Assembly: GCA_031426555.1 (NCBI GenBank)
Contig: JANPLN010000057.1
Span: 8,706 to 72,705, forward strand
Origin: Bdellovibrionales bacterium
GTDB lineage: Bacteria > Bdellovibrionota > Bdellovibrionia > Bdellovibrionales > JAGQZY01
Length of the DNA stretch: 64,000 bases
Direction: 5' to 3'
Shown: positions 39,692 to 48,835 of the stretch, piece by piece
How the letters are laid out: the number at the start of each line of letters is the position of its first letter
Numbering within the stretch: position 1 is the stretch's first letter
Notes under the pieces: generated by a model
Told to the model about the DNA's origin: nothing
Databases searched by the model: none
What the model saw: the letters and a program-made list of their open reading frames with translations, nothing else
Program-made: the position numbers and the translations under genes

Positions 39692-40555
39692 CTATTTGCT
39701 AAAAAGTCCGAGACATAAAAAAGCTCTTGGTTTCGCAGAGGGTGCCAAGCCAACCATAACTCGCAAGTCGCGTAATCTTTCAAGGAGAGCGTTAATGCGT
39801 TCTTCATCAAATTTGAGCCCATTGAGCGCTAGTCGAACCTGAGTGTCGCTTACAGTATCTATTTTTTTTATTTCGGTTGCTGACAACGCGGGTCTATCAA
39901 ATTCAAAAGTTTTGTGAGTATAATTTTTAGCAGTCCAAAAGCCAAAACTGTATCCATGATCAATAAGAATCAATCGCCCCTGCGCCAACCCAAAATTTCC
40001 GCTATGTCGATCCGCTTCACTGATAAGAGTATCAAAAAACACAAGACTTGAAATTTGCGATGGCGAAAGTTCTGGCCTTGGCTTCAATCCATCAATATAC
40101 AACTGTATTGAGTGACTTTGGCCATCAAGCATGCGTAAAGCCGTAATTGGTACTCGATTGAAACCGAAAAGTCTATCTAACCTATAAGCCGCGACTTCTG
40201 CCTCTGCTGCAAATAGAGACTGCCCATCTCTTGCAAACATCTGCTTTTTAAGAATACCAGTGATTCCATTTTTAAAAAATACCTTTCGAGCCTCTTGATT
40301 TGATTTGCCGTCGAGCGATCCCGTTGTATCAAAAGTAAAATCGCCGGTCTGTAACTCAACAATTACTTTTTTTTCAAGTTTTTCTGCATTAGCAACATCT
40401 CCAGATTCTAAGAGGTTCCATATTTCGAGTTGCAGTTTTTGTTTTACTTCCAAACTATTACCAACCGATAGGCTCGGAGCGAGAAACAAAAAAAATAGTA
40501 AAATAATTCTGAAATTAAAGCTTACAAACAAGAAAGTAGAAACTAGTTTAAGCAT
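39692..40555 (-). CDS. Secreted PI3/PI4-kinase-like (atypical kinase fold) protein
   Basis: Hydrophobic N-terminus, EVAAYRLDRLFGFNRVP, FDTLISEADRHSGN (catalytic DRH..N), LIDHG. Confidence 0.7.
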   Translation of the reverse strand: MLKLVSTFLFVSFNFRIILLFFLFLAPSLSVGNSLEVKQKLQLEIWNLLESGDVANAEKLEKKVIVELQTGDFTFDTTGSLDGKSNQEARKVFFKNGITGILKKQMFARDGQSLFAAEAEVAAYRLDRLFGFNRVPITALRMLDGQSHSIQLYIDGLKPRPELSPSQISSLVFFDTLISEADRHSGNFGLAQGRLILIDHGYSFGFWTAKNYTHKTFEFDRPALSATEIKKIDTVSDTQVRLALNGLKFDEERINALLERLRDLRVMVGLAPSAKPRAFLCLGLFSK

Positions 40556-40723
40556 TTCGTCCCCCGATAACTTAATTCTAAAATTATCATAAGAGCTAAA
40601 ACACTAATAGGAAAAAGCCAAAAATACACGCACTGGTCTCAAACTCGAATAGCAACCTGCCTCAAAATGAAACAGATCAATATATATGTAGCATGCGTCT
40701 ACAACAACGTTTGCTGAAAACTC

Positions 40724-41065
40724 TCAACCCGGCGGCCACGAAAGTAAGCGGCCACCTAAAATATGAATATGCAAATGATAAACGGTCTGCCCGCCATTTG
40801 CATTCGTGTTTATCACAAGCCGATATCCATCCGAAGCCAAGCCCAGCTGTGCCGCGATCTCGCTGGCTTTCATCATCAAGTGGCCCATAATCCCTTTGTC
40901 GTGCAGAAGATGCAGCCTAGCCATGGACTCGATGGGCTTTTTAGGAATCAACAGCACATGCACAGGCGCCTGGGGATTTACATCTTTAAAGGCCAGGCAA
41001 ACCTCGTCTTCGTAAACAATATCGGCTGGAATTTCGCGGTTGATGATTTTTGTAAATATGCTCAT
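40724..41065 (-). CDS. hinT: Histidine triad nucleotide-binding protein
   Basis: MSIFTKII.REIPADIVYED, DVNPQAPVHVL, GQTVYHLHIHILGGR...WPPG. True start ATG 41065. Confidence 0.92.
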   Translation of the reverse strand: MSIFTKIINREIPADIVYEDEVCLAFKDVNPQAPVHVLLIPKKPIESMARLHLLHDKGIMGHLMMKASEIAAQLGLASDGYRLVINTNANGGQTVYHLHIHILGGRLLSWPPG

Positions 41066-41075
41066 ACTCTTAGGT

Positions 41076-42146
41076 ATGAAACAATGGATCGAAAAAAACA
41101 AACCTTATTTTCCGGCAGAATTCTTTATTGGAGGTTTTGTCTTCGATCTCGTAACGCTTTCGCGGATTGACGAAAACTTTCAGTTGATTCAGCAATTTGT
41201 TTATCTGGTAGTTATTGGTTTTTTGCTGATCTTCGAAAAATCCCAGCGGGTGGAAAAATGGTTCGCCACGGGGTTTTTGAATAAAATCTGGATTTATCGC
41301 TACGAAGTTATTCATTTTCTCCTTGGCTCGTTGCTCAGTGTGTACACGATTTTTTATTTTAAAAGTGCTTCGATCTGGAGTTCGTTTATTTTTATCGGCG
41401 CACTGTCTGCGCTGATGGTGCTCAATGAGTTCAAAAAAATCAAAGGACTGGGAGGCTTTTTACGCTTCTCGATGTTCTCGCTGTGCTCTTGCTCTTACTT
41501 TATTTATTTGGTGCCCATCATCTGGCAGCACTTGGGATTTTTCCCCTTTGTGTTCTCATTGATACTGTCGGGTATTTTTTATTATTGCTTTTTTTATTTG
41601 ATTTCGAAAAACCAAAATGTAACGTCGCGACAGTTATTTGTCGAAGTGCTAACTCCCGGTATCATCGTGCATGTTTTGTTTCTTGTACTTTATGTGGTTC
41701 GCTTTATTCCGCCCATTCCTCTCTCCGTAGAAAAAATGGGCGTCTATCACCAAATTAGCAAGCAGCAGGATCAGTACGTTTTGCAATACGATCGGCCGTG
41801 GTACTTGTTTTGGCAGCGGGGAGCACAAACATTTGTCGCTGCCCCAGAGGACAAAATCCATTGTTTCGTTAGTATCTTTGCACCGTCGTTTTTTCGCGAG
41901 CAGGTAAAAATGGAGTGGTACTTAGAAACCGCCCGGGGTTGGCAAAAAACCGACGCCATTCCATTTCAAATTTCTGGGGGCCGCGATCAGGGGTTTCGCG
42001 GGTACACCGTAAAAAGTCGTTTTGACGCCGGTGAATGGCAAGTTCGTGTGGTCACCTCTGACGACCGCGAAATGGGACGAATTTATTTTACTGTAATTAA
42101 ACAAGAGCTCGATCCAGCACGCGAGTTTAAAACCGATCTTTATTAA
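41076..42146 (+). CDS. DUF2914-domain multi-pass membrane protein
   Basis: About 8 TM helices, then IPPIPLS, IFAP, GGRDQGFRGYTVK, G.WQV.V.T.D.RE.GR. Confidence 0.75.
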   Translation: MKQWIEKNKPYFPAEFFIGGFVFDLVTLSRIDENFQLIQQFVYLVVIGFLLIFEKSQRVEKWFATGFLNKIWIYRYEVIHFLLGSLLSVYTIFYFKSASIWSSFIFIGALSALMVLNEFKKIKGLGGFLRFSMFSLCSCSYFIYLVPIIWQHLGFFPFVFSLILSGIFYYCFFYLISKNQNVTSRQLFVEVLTPGIIVHVLFLVLYVVRFIPPIPLSVEKMGVYHQISKQQDQYVLQYDRPWYLFWQRGAQTFVAAPEDKIHCFVSIFAPSFFREQVKMEWYLETARGWQKTDAIPFQISGGRDQGFRGYTVKSRFDAGEWQVRVVTSDDREMGRIYFTVIKQELDPAREFKTDLY

Positions 42147-42160
42147 AAAGTGCCGTGTGA

Positions 42161-42553
42161 TTACGTCGGCCCGTCGCAATTGAGAACAGGCGCACCCCAG
42201 TTCTCACCAATCAAAGAAATCACCACATCGCACTTGCGCCAGTGCACAACAGATTCATCCATGTTGTGGCCCATGCCCACATCAAAGGCCAAACGAAACA
42301 AAGTTTCCTGAGGCGTGTACAGGGACGGCAGCTGGCTTTCGGCCTCGAGGTTTTGCAGTTCGATCACCCTGGGCGTCCACAGCAGGGAGGTTTTTTCGTT
42401 GATCGAAGTAAACGACATCTGCTTTTGAATATTAAAATAAATACTGTTCATCACTTTCAGCGGAACTGGATTGCTCGAAATCTGAGCAGATGCGCTAAGG
42501 CAAGAGAGGGCAGTAGCCGTTATCAACGTAATACAAAAAATTAAAAATTTCAT
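42161..42553 (-). CDS. Small secreted hypothetical protein
   Basis: GGGG RBS, signal peptide, C-terminal Cys pair. Confidence 0.6.
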   Translation of the reverse strand: MKFLIFCITLITATALSCLSASAQISSNPVPLKVMNSIYFNIQKQMSFTSINEKTSLLWTPRVIELQNLEAESQLPSLYTPQETLFRLAFDVGMGHNMDESVVHWRKCDVVISLIGENWGAPVLNCDGPT

Positions 42554-42644
42554 AAGCCCCCTGGTGCTACTTCATAGACTACTTTAAGTTGTATGTTTTT
42601 GGGGTTGTAAAATAACTGAGCGGTTGGGTTTTGCAACTCAGTTG

Positions 42645-43556
42645 TTAAAAGTTAATAAACGACAGCAGCACAAACTCAGTGTGCTCGGGCTTAAATTGGC
42701 CCACGTTGCTGATACTTCCGGCACGGGCTTGGGAAAAACCCCAAATCGGCACAACGTTTTGCACGTTAAATAAGAACGAAAAATTTCGGTTGAGGGTGTA
42801 GCGAACCGAAGGACCCACTTTCACAGAGTGTTCACCGTAACGTTGATCCCGTGCGCGGGTGGTGTTGTTGGTGTTCGATTTATTATACCAGTCATCTTCT
42901 GTTCCAATATAGGCACCGATAAACAGTTTTGGATCTGCCTTGTACCAAAGTGATAAACGCTGATCCAGCTCCCAGCTTTTCGTATGGGTGTCTCCCCCGG
43001 TGTCGGGATTGGTGTACACGGTGAGCGAGTGCATATTATGCGTGATGATGGGCCAGTACTCGAGCTGGAAGTCTTTATTGATATATCTGGAGGCAATGGC
43101 GTCAAAACGAAGTCCCACAATTTTTCGCTGCACCCACGAGTACTTGCTAGTTGGTATTTCAATTCGGTAACGAGAAAACACTTCGATGTCTCCAGGAAGA
43201 AGTGTGGCGCTTACTGTATAGTCGACTAAAACGTCGGCACCACTCACGCCCTGGGGCTGCACATCGTCGCCGTCGAAGCTATTAAAACCGGCGGTGTTAT
43301 AAATAAACGGAAGGCGAAGGGCCCAGTGGGTACCATAGGACGTAGAGGTATTTATCGAAAGATAATTATAGCTCGAAATCATGGCACCGCCATCTTGGGC
43401 CGAAGATGATTCCATGGATGCCAAACTAAACGCATTGAACCAGTAACTGCGGTCGCTATCAATCGAAGTTTCGAGGGCCGAAACATTGGCAAGCGCTGGG
43501 CAGACGCCGAGTAAAACGCCGAGTGAGATTAAAATTGCAATGATTCCGTATTTCAT
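42645..43556 (-). CDS. Putative outer-membrane beta-barrel protein
   Basis: Signal peptide from MKYG, alternating aromatic beta-strands, terminal Phe (LLSFINF). Confidence 0.55.
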   Translation of the reverse strand: MKYGIIAILISLGVLLGVCPALANVSALETSIDSDRSYWFNAFSLASMESSSAQDGGAMISSYNYLSINTSTSYGTHWALRLPFIYNTAGFNSFDGDDVQPQGVSGADVLVDYTVSATLLPGDIEVFSRYRIEIPTSKYSWVQRKIVGLRFDAIASRYINKDFQLEYWPIITHNMHSLTVYTNPDTGGDTHTKSWELDQRLSLWYKADPKLFIGAYIGTEDDWYNKSNTNNTTRARDQRYGEHSVKVGPSVRYTLNRNFSFLFNVQNVVPIWGFSQARAGSISNVGQFKPEHTEFVLLSFINF

Positions 43557-43721
43557 GCCAAGCCCCCAGTGCCAACAATAACGAACCCACAGATTTAAGG
43601 AGGCCCCGCCGGAATAGCAAGGGTTTTCGCGCAGGGAAGAACAAGATAGAAGTTTTTGCAATGCTCCAAACACAAAAAAACCAAATACTCACGAAAGGCC
43701 TCTTGAAAACCCAGTTGTTCC

Positions 43722-44879
43722 ATGCAAAGTTCCAAGCCACGTATTTTGGGCGTGTATCAGGGGGATGGCGTGCGCGGGTCTAAATCATTTAAGTTCACAA
43801 TTGCTTTGCTGTTTTGCTTATCAAGTTTCGCCTGCGTACAAAAGCCAAAGCCGGTTTTTTCGGCAAAGGCCCCTCCGCTTGCGGGCACGGTCACTGTAAT
43901 GACCTTTAACGTGCAAAACCTTTTCGACACCGACGACGATCCCGAAAAAAACGACGAAGCCTTTTTACCTTTAGATAAAAAAACCGCCCTCGTGCGATCC
44001 GCTTGCTACGAAAGCAATCAAGAAAACGCCTACTACCTAAAAGAATGTCTCACCAACGACTGGAACGAGCGCATTCTAAAGATGAAAATGAAGCGCCTCA
44101 CCGACGTGGTTCGACAGATCAAAGACGGGCGCGGTCCCGATGTTCTCATCTTGCAAGAGGTTGAGAACGTAAAAATTCTCGATCGTTGGCGCACGGAATA
44201 CTTGGGAGCGATGAATTACAAGCCGGCTCTCCTTATCGAGGGTCCGGACAAGCGCGGCATCGACGTAGGTATTCTTACTCGGCTCGAATCTGCAGGTCCC
44301 ACAACCTTGCATTTGATTCCTTACAAGGCCAACGAGGCTCTTAAAGCCGATCAAATCCGCCCAACCCGCGGTATCTTAGAATCCACATTAGCTTTGCCAG
44401 ACGGCACGCCTCTCACAGTCTTGGGTCTCCACTTTCCATCCCAGGGAGCTCCCACTGAAACTCGGAAACAGGCGGTGGATTTTATCAATGTGATTCGAAC
44501 AAAACTACCGGCCGACCGCATGGTGATTGTTGGCGGGGATTTTAATATTACGTCTGATGAAGATGCTAAATCAGGTTACGTTTCGCGAACTTTGGCAAGT
44601 AACTGGGGCGTGTCGCACATGATGGGCTGCACAGGATGTTTAGGAACAACCTACTATCCAAAAAACCAGACGTGGTCGTTCTTCGACATTCTCCTTGTAA
44701 CGCCCGGCTTGAAGCCCGATGGAACGTCGCCTTGGAAAGTGTTACCCGAAAGTATTCGCATCGAAAATAACAGTGTTTATCACACCAATCGTTATGGAAG
44801 TCCGGCGCGTTTTAATGAAAATCGTAAAGATGGCGTTTCGGATCACTGGCCGATGGTTTTAGATATTATCAAAAGATAG
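43722..44879 (+). CDS. Endonuclease/exonuclease/phosphatase (EEP) family lipoprotein
   Basis: FAC lipobox, TFNVQNLFD, LQEVEN, RGIDVG, GDFN, SDHWP. Start may be GTG 43770. Confidence 0.85.
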   Translation: MQSSKPRILGVYQGDGVRGSKSFKFTIALLFCLSSFACVQKPKPVFSAKAPPLAGTVTVMTFNVQNLFDTDDDPEKNDEAFLPLDKKTALVRSACYESNQENAYYLKECLTNDWNERILKMKMKRLTDVVRQIKDGRGPDVLILQEVENVKILDRWRTEYLGAMNYKPALLIEGPDKRGIDVGILTRLESAGPTTLHLIPYKANEALKADQIRPTRGILESTLALPDGTPLTVLGLHFPSQGAPTETRKQAVDFINVIRTKLPADRMVIVGGDFNITSDEDAKSGYVSRTLASNWGVSHMMGCTGCLGTTYYPKNQTWSFFDILLVTPGLKPDGTSPWKVLPESIRIENNSVYHTNRYGSPARFNENRKDGVSDHWPMVLDIIKR

Positions 44880-44890
44880 TTGGGGGATTT

Positions 44891-45856
44891 ATGATTAAAT
44901 TATTTTTACCGTTAACAATTGCTTTGTTTGTTGTGGCCTGTGGACCGCGCGATGTGGCCAATGGTGGCAGAAATGGCAATGGCGGTGGACCTGGACAACA
45001 AGGCGGCGCCGGCGGCGGAAACGCAAAACTCGCGTTCACGGTGCAAGACGACGGTGAGCGCGCAGAAACCTGCCCCACAAAAAATCAAGATTACAAAAAC
45101 ATCATTGTCTCCGAAGACGATCTTGAAGGCGTATTGGATGGCACCATCAAAGCCGTTATCGAGCCGGGAAATCGCAACTGCTTCCGCGTTGGAACCGTTG
45201 TTCAGCTAAAAACTGATTTTTCGTCAGACGAAGTTCAAGCAGATGTTGTGGTCGTTAAAACTGAAGGTATTGCGCTTTCGAAGTTAGCAAAAAAACATGC
45301 CGAGGCTTTTGCTATGACCGTTGGCGAATTAAAAGATCGCGGTCAGGAGTTAATTGACGCCATCGAGGCGCAAAAAAAATTCCGTCCTGAGGGAATGGTC
45401 AATATTACCTATTTTAAAACTGCGGGTGCTGACAATAATGGAAATGTTAAAAATACCGAGATCGAATTGTCCACGACTGTGTACACAAAAGCTGGCGAGC
45501 GGCCGGCATCGTGTACTTCAAAATCCAAATGGACGCGAATTTCGATTCCCGCCGAGCAAGATGAAAATCTAAAATCAGGCAAAGTGATCGCCTGGTACTC
45601 GCCTGGCGAAAAAAATTGTTTCGAAGTGGGGTCTGAAATCGAGGTTAAAGAGCAAGTTGGGCCTGCGCGCGCCATCCTAAGAGTATCGCGAATCGAAGTG
45701 GTCCCCTCTGCACAATTGAGTTCCATTCATGCTCGGTCGATGAGCATGAACCTTGACGATGTTAAGCTGTTGGTGAACCAGGATGAAGAATTGATCAATT
45801 TCGTTTTCTTTGATTACGTAATGACCCCATCTGCGCAGGAACTTCTTAAGCCATAA
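44891..45856 (+). CDS. Lipoprotein with two internal ASCH/PUA-like repeats
   Basis: VVAC lipobox, Gly/Asn linker, duplicated unit GER...C...G...A...PG..NCF.VG...HA. Confidence 0.55.
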   Translation: MIKLFLPLTIALFVVACGPRDVANGGRNGNGGGPGQQGGAGGGNAKLAFTVQDDGERAETCPTKNQDYKNIIVSEDDLEGVLDGTIKAVIEPGNRNCFRVGTVVQLKTDFSSDEVQADVVVVKTEGIALSKLAKKHAEAFAMTVGELKDRGQELIDAIEAQKKFRPEGMVNITYFKTAGADNNGNVKNTEIELSTTVYTKAGERPASCTSKSKWTRISIPAEQDENLKSGKVIAWYSPGEKNCFEVGSEIEVKEQVGPARAILRVSRIEVVPSAQLSSIHARSMSMNLDDVKLLVNQDEELINFVFFDYVMTPSAQELLKP

Positions 45857-45960
45857 CGCATTGCCAAATTTAATCATTAGTGCATAATTCCGCAGTCTTG
45901 GGAGTTGTTTTTAATTCTCGGGCCGATTAAGTTAACCGTCTAACTTGATCTTCAAGTTGT

Positions 45961-46037
45961 GGTGTCGTAGCTCAGTTGGATAGAGCATCTGCCTTCTAAG
46001 CAGACGGTCGCACGTTCGAATCGTGCCGACATCACCA
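45961..46037 (+). tRNA. tRNA-Arg(TCT)
   Basis: GGTGTCG/CGACATC acceptor stem, D-arm GCTCAGTTGGATAGAGC, anticodon arm TCTGC-CTTCTAA-GCAGA, GTTCGAA T-loop, encoded CCA. Confidence 0.97.
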
Positions 46038-46040
46038 GTT

Positions 46041-46232
46041 CTACTTCTCAGCTACAATTTTATAACGTAGGTTTTTGCGCGAAGAATTTGCGATCAACGA
46101 TAAAAATAAAATAAAGAAAAACAGTATGATCTGCAGTTTCGCAGTGTCAGTGGCAACCGAAGCCGCACCAGAGTACCCCATAGCGGCCGAAAATAAACCG
46201 GTAAACAAAAATGTAAAAGCCAATCGAAGCAC
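46041..46232 (-). CDS. DUF1328 (UPF0391)-like small membrane protein
   Basis: MLR.A..FL......A.MG..G.A..A...AK..I.LF pattern, AAGGAG RBS. Confidence 0.6.
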   Translation of the reverse strand: MLRLAFTFLFTGLFSAAMGYSGAASVATDTAKLQIILFFFILFLSLIANSSRKNLRYKIVAEK

Positions 46233-46265
46233 GGCAAGCTCCTTTTTTAAGGGATTAGTAAGGGA

Positions 46266-46400
46266 TTAGACAGGGTCAAAAGACGAAGAAAGAGTTGTAA
46301 ATTCGTTTTTCAACTCATACTTTTCCTTGTTAACGACGTAAAGGTTTGGGTTTTTAAAATACTCTTTGGCGTAGACTAAAAACGCTGAATGTAAGCTCAT
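46266..46400 (-). CDS. Putative 44-aa small protein (below ORF-track cutoff)
   Basis: AGGAGG RBS before ATG. Sequence MSLHSAFLVYAKEYFKNPNLYVVNKEKYELKNEFTTLSSSFDPV. Confidence 0.4.
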   Translation of the reverse strand: MSLHSAFLVYAKEYFKNPNLYVVNKEKYELKNEFTTLSSSFDPV

Positions 46401-46561
46401 ACTTCCTCCTGAGGGTTACTAACTCGCTTAGAATAGGCTTAATTGGCATTTGAGACTTCTACTTACATTGGAACCTGTGTGGAGATTTCTACACATCCAG
46501 CTAGAAACTTTTTAATTTCGGCCTTTTAGTTTAAAGTCGGCCCACAAAGCGGAGGACAACG

Positions 46562-47248
46562 ATGAAGCGAGTGTTACTAGTCGAAGATGCAAAAGAGATT
46601 CAGTTAATGGTGGTTCACGCACTGCAGTTGATTGCTGATGTGACCTGGGTTTCTGATTTGGCCACGGCTCGCGAAACTATCAAACGCGATGAATTTGACA
46701 TCTATCTTTTGGACGTAGAGTTGCCCGACGGAAGAGGCTTTGAGCTTTGTTCAACGATCCAGCAGGCCAATCCGCAATCGCCCATTATCTTTTTAACGGC
46801 CCATAGTGAGCTTTCAGACAAAGTGATGGGATTTGCCGTGGGCGCCGATGATTACATCACGAAACCGTTTGATTCCATCGAGCTTCGCGCGCGTGTAGAA
46901 GCACGACTTAAAAAAATGGATCTGTTTAAGCACTCTGCTGATATTTTGAAATGGAAAAGCCTCAAAATTAACAAATCAAGACAAGAAGTGCATGTTCTCG
47001 AAGGCAAGCAGGATGTGAAAGTCGATTTGACTTCGCTAGAATTTAAATTGCTGTCTTACCTCGCAAATCGCCCCCATGAAGTTGTTCATCGCGATGAAAT
47101 TTTGGATCAGCTGTGGGGCACGGACGTACATGTGTACGCCCGCTCAGTGGACACTCACATTAGCAAGTTACGAAAGAAACTGGGATTAGCATCTAGCTCT
47201 ATTCAGTCGATTCATGGAACCGGTTACAAATTTTCTCCAGACCAGTAA
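46562..47248 (+). CDS. OmpR/PhoB-family response regulator (orphan)
   Basis: LLVED, LLDVELPD, FLTA, GADDYITKPF, winged helix RSVDTHISKLRKKL..IQSIHGTGYKF. Confidence 0.92.
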   Translation: MKRVLLVEDAKEIQLMVVHALQLIADVTWVSDLATARETIKRDEFDIYLLDVELPDGRGFELCSTIQQANPQSPIIFLTAHSELSDKVMGFAVGADDYITKPFDSIELRARVEARLKKMDLFKHSADILKWKSLKINKSRQEVHVLEGKQDVKVDLTSLEFKLLSYLANRPHEVVHRDEILDQLWGTDVHVYARSVDTHISKLRKKLGLASSSIQSIHGTGYKFSPDQ

Positions 47249-47253
47249 AAAGA

Positions 47254-47454
47254 TCAGACTTTATGTGGGTGGGATTTGTCGGCATGGGTCTCTTCGAGCT
47301 TGTCGCCAAGATCATGAACTTTCTGACCAACTCCTGGCAAACCGACATCGGAAATTTTATGGCCTACTTTTTCAATGGCGTCTCCAACCGAATTGCGCCA
47401 TGGTTTTCCATTTTTTCCGTTTCCAACGATGGGGTTTTTTGAATCTTTTTGCAT
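47254..47454 (-). CDS. Small hydrophilic protein (stress-protein-like)
   Basis: AGGAGG RBS before MQKDSK, amphipathic GDAIEKVG..GQKVHDLGDKLE. Confidence 0.55.
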   Translation of the reverse strand: MQKDSKNPIVGNGKNGKPWRNSVGDAIEKVGHKISDVGLPGVGQKVHDLGDKLEETHADKSHPHKV

Positions 47455-47701
47455 GTTGTATTTCCTCCTGCTCAAACGAGCTGTTGTGCTTCATTGTAAT
47501 GCAGGCTCTTTAAAACGCTTTGCTGTTCCTTGAAGGTCATTTGCAAATATCCACACAAATACAAAATCATGAGCTTTTGAACATTAGACGGGTGGTGTCG
47601 TAATTTTTTTTGTTTAATTTACAAAACATTTGAAAAATTGTTTCAAAATAATCGGAGGGCCATTAAATCTTAGTCTTCAAGTTCTGGGGGGGACTAATTA
47701 T

Positions 47702-48799
47702 ATGAAAACTTTGATATTTTGCGTTTTCTTCCTGCTGCAAATAACCACGGCATCGGCGGGGACTTTTTTAGATTTTGCAGAAACTTCACTTTTTGATCCT
47801 AGCACCACACAGCGGATCGGTTTGGAAGTAGAGCTCACCGGGCTTACGCAGCAGGAGATCGGTGAAGAGCTGCAAAAAGCCCTCGGGGGAACACTCAAAT
47901 GGGTCACCATCATGGAGGACAATCTCAATTCTCAAACTCGTAAAATCGAAACCTATCCTGTTCATGAACTGCATTTAGTAAACTCGTCGATGGTGGCTGA
48001 CGTGATCATTAAGCCCGAAGACAATGTCACTGAAAATGCAGATATGGCCGAGCAAAAAGCGCGCACTCGCATCTACGAAATCGTAACGCCTCCCATTTAT
48101 TACGAGCAAGCCATTCCATTGCAAGCCGCTTTGGAGAGCATGCAATTAAAGGGCGCTCAAGGAACAAAAGACGGGCACGCCGTCGCCATCCAAATCAATA
48201 TCGAGATGGGCCAAGGCGATCCAAAGAAAATTTCTGCCCTTAAAATCTTGGCGATCCTGCGCAACTACTTAAAGCCCGAACATCGCGCATCCATTGCCTA
48301 CGAGCTCCAAGCGCCGGCCTTTCGACAAATGTATTTGGGCTTGTATACGCCGGGGATGATGTCGCGAATTTTGGATACGCACTACCGACCTTCGAACAAA
48401 CAGTTCTTTTTTGATTTTATGTATCGTCAATCCTTAGAACTCTTTGGTGTTCGTGAGGCTTGGATCATGCCCGAAGCGCAAGCGCGCAAAGTCTTACAGT
48501 CGATCCTTGCGCAAAGACCTTTTGATGAAATCCTTCCTGTGATGAAATGGAATTACATCCGCGCCTCTGCGGTGCTGATGTTTTTGTATCCTAAGGATTG
48601 GCTGAGTCGCTATCTCCACAGCACAACCTGGTTTCATCAATATCCTATTCTTGAATTTCGTGAGGCAAATAGCGATTTTTTACTCTTAAAACGCCTCAAA
48701 CAATTTTTAGGCATCGTTCAGTACAGCGAGACCCATGGCGATATTGTTTGGTCGGAGAGACTGTCGCAACTTCAATGTAGACAGCTGTTTGCCAAGTAA
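47702..48799 (+). CDS. Secreted amidoligase-like (COOH-NH2 ligase fold) protein
   Basis: Signal peptide, RIGLEVEL, EIVTPP, IQINI, LEFRE motifs, GGGGG RBS. Confidence 0.6.
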   Translation: MKTLIFCVFFLLQITTASAGTFLDFAETSLFDPSTTQRIGLEVELTGLTQQEIGEELQKALGGTLKWVTIMEDNLNSQTRKIETYPVHELHLVNSSMVADVIIKPEDNVTENADMAEQKARTRIYEIVTPPIYYEQAIPLQAALESMQLKGAQGTKDGHAVAIQINIEMGQGDPKKISALKILAILRNYLKPEHRASIAYELQAPAFRQMYLGLYTPGMMSRILDTHYRPSNKQFFFDFMYRQSLELFGVREAWIMPEAQARKVLQSILAQRPFDEILPVMKWNYIRASAVLMFLYPKDWLSRYLHSTTWFHQYPILEFREANSDFLLLKRLKQFLGIVQYSETHGDIVWSERLSQLQCRQLFAK

Positions 48800-48835
48800 G
48801 TAGTGTGTCCTCACGACATTTGCAGCCGAGACGTT

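Noticed and set aside
40763..41170. 135-aa plus-strand ORF
   Set aside because: Antisense to the well-supported hinT gene.
45961..46037. tRNA-anchored integrative element
   Set aside because: No integrase, and I found no duplicated tRNA 3' end in the window.
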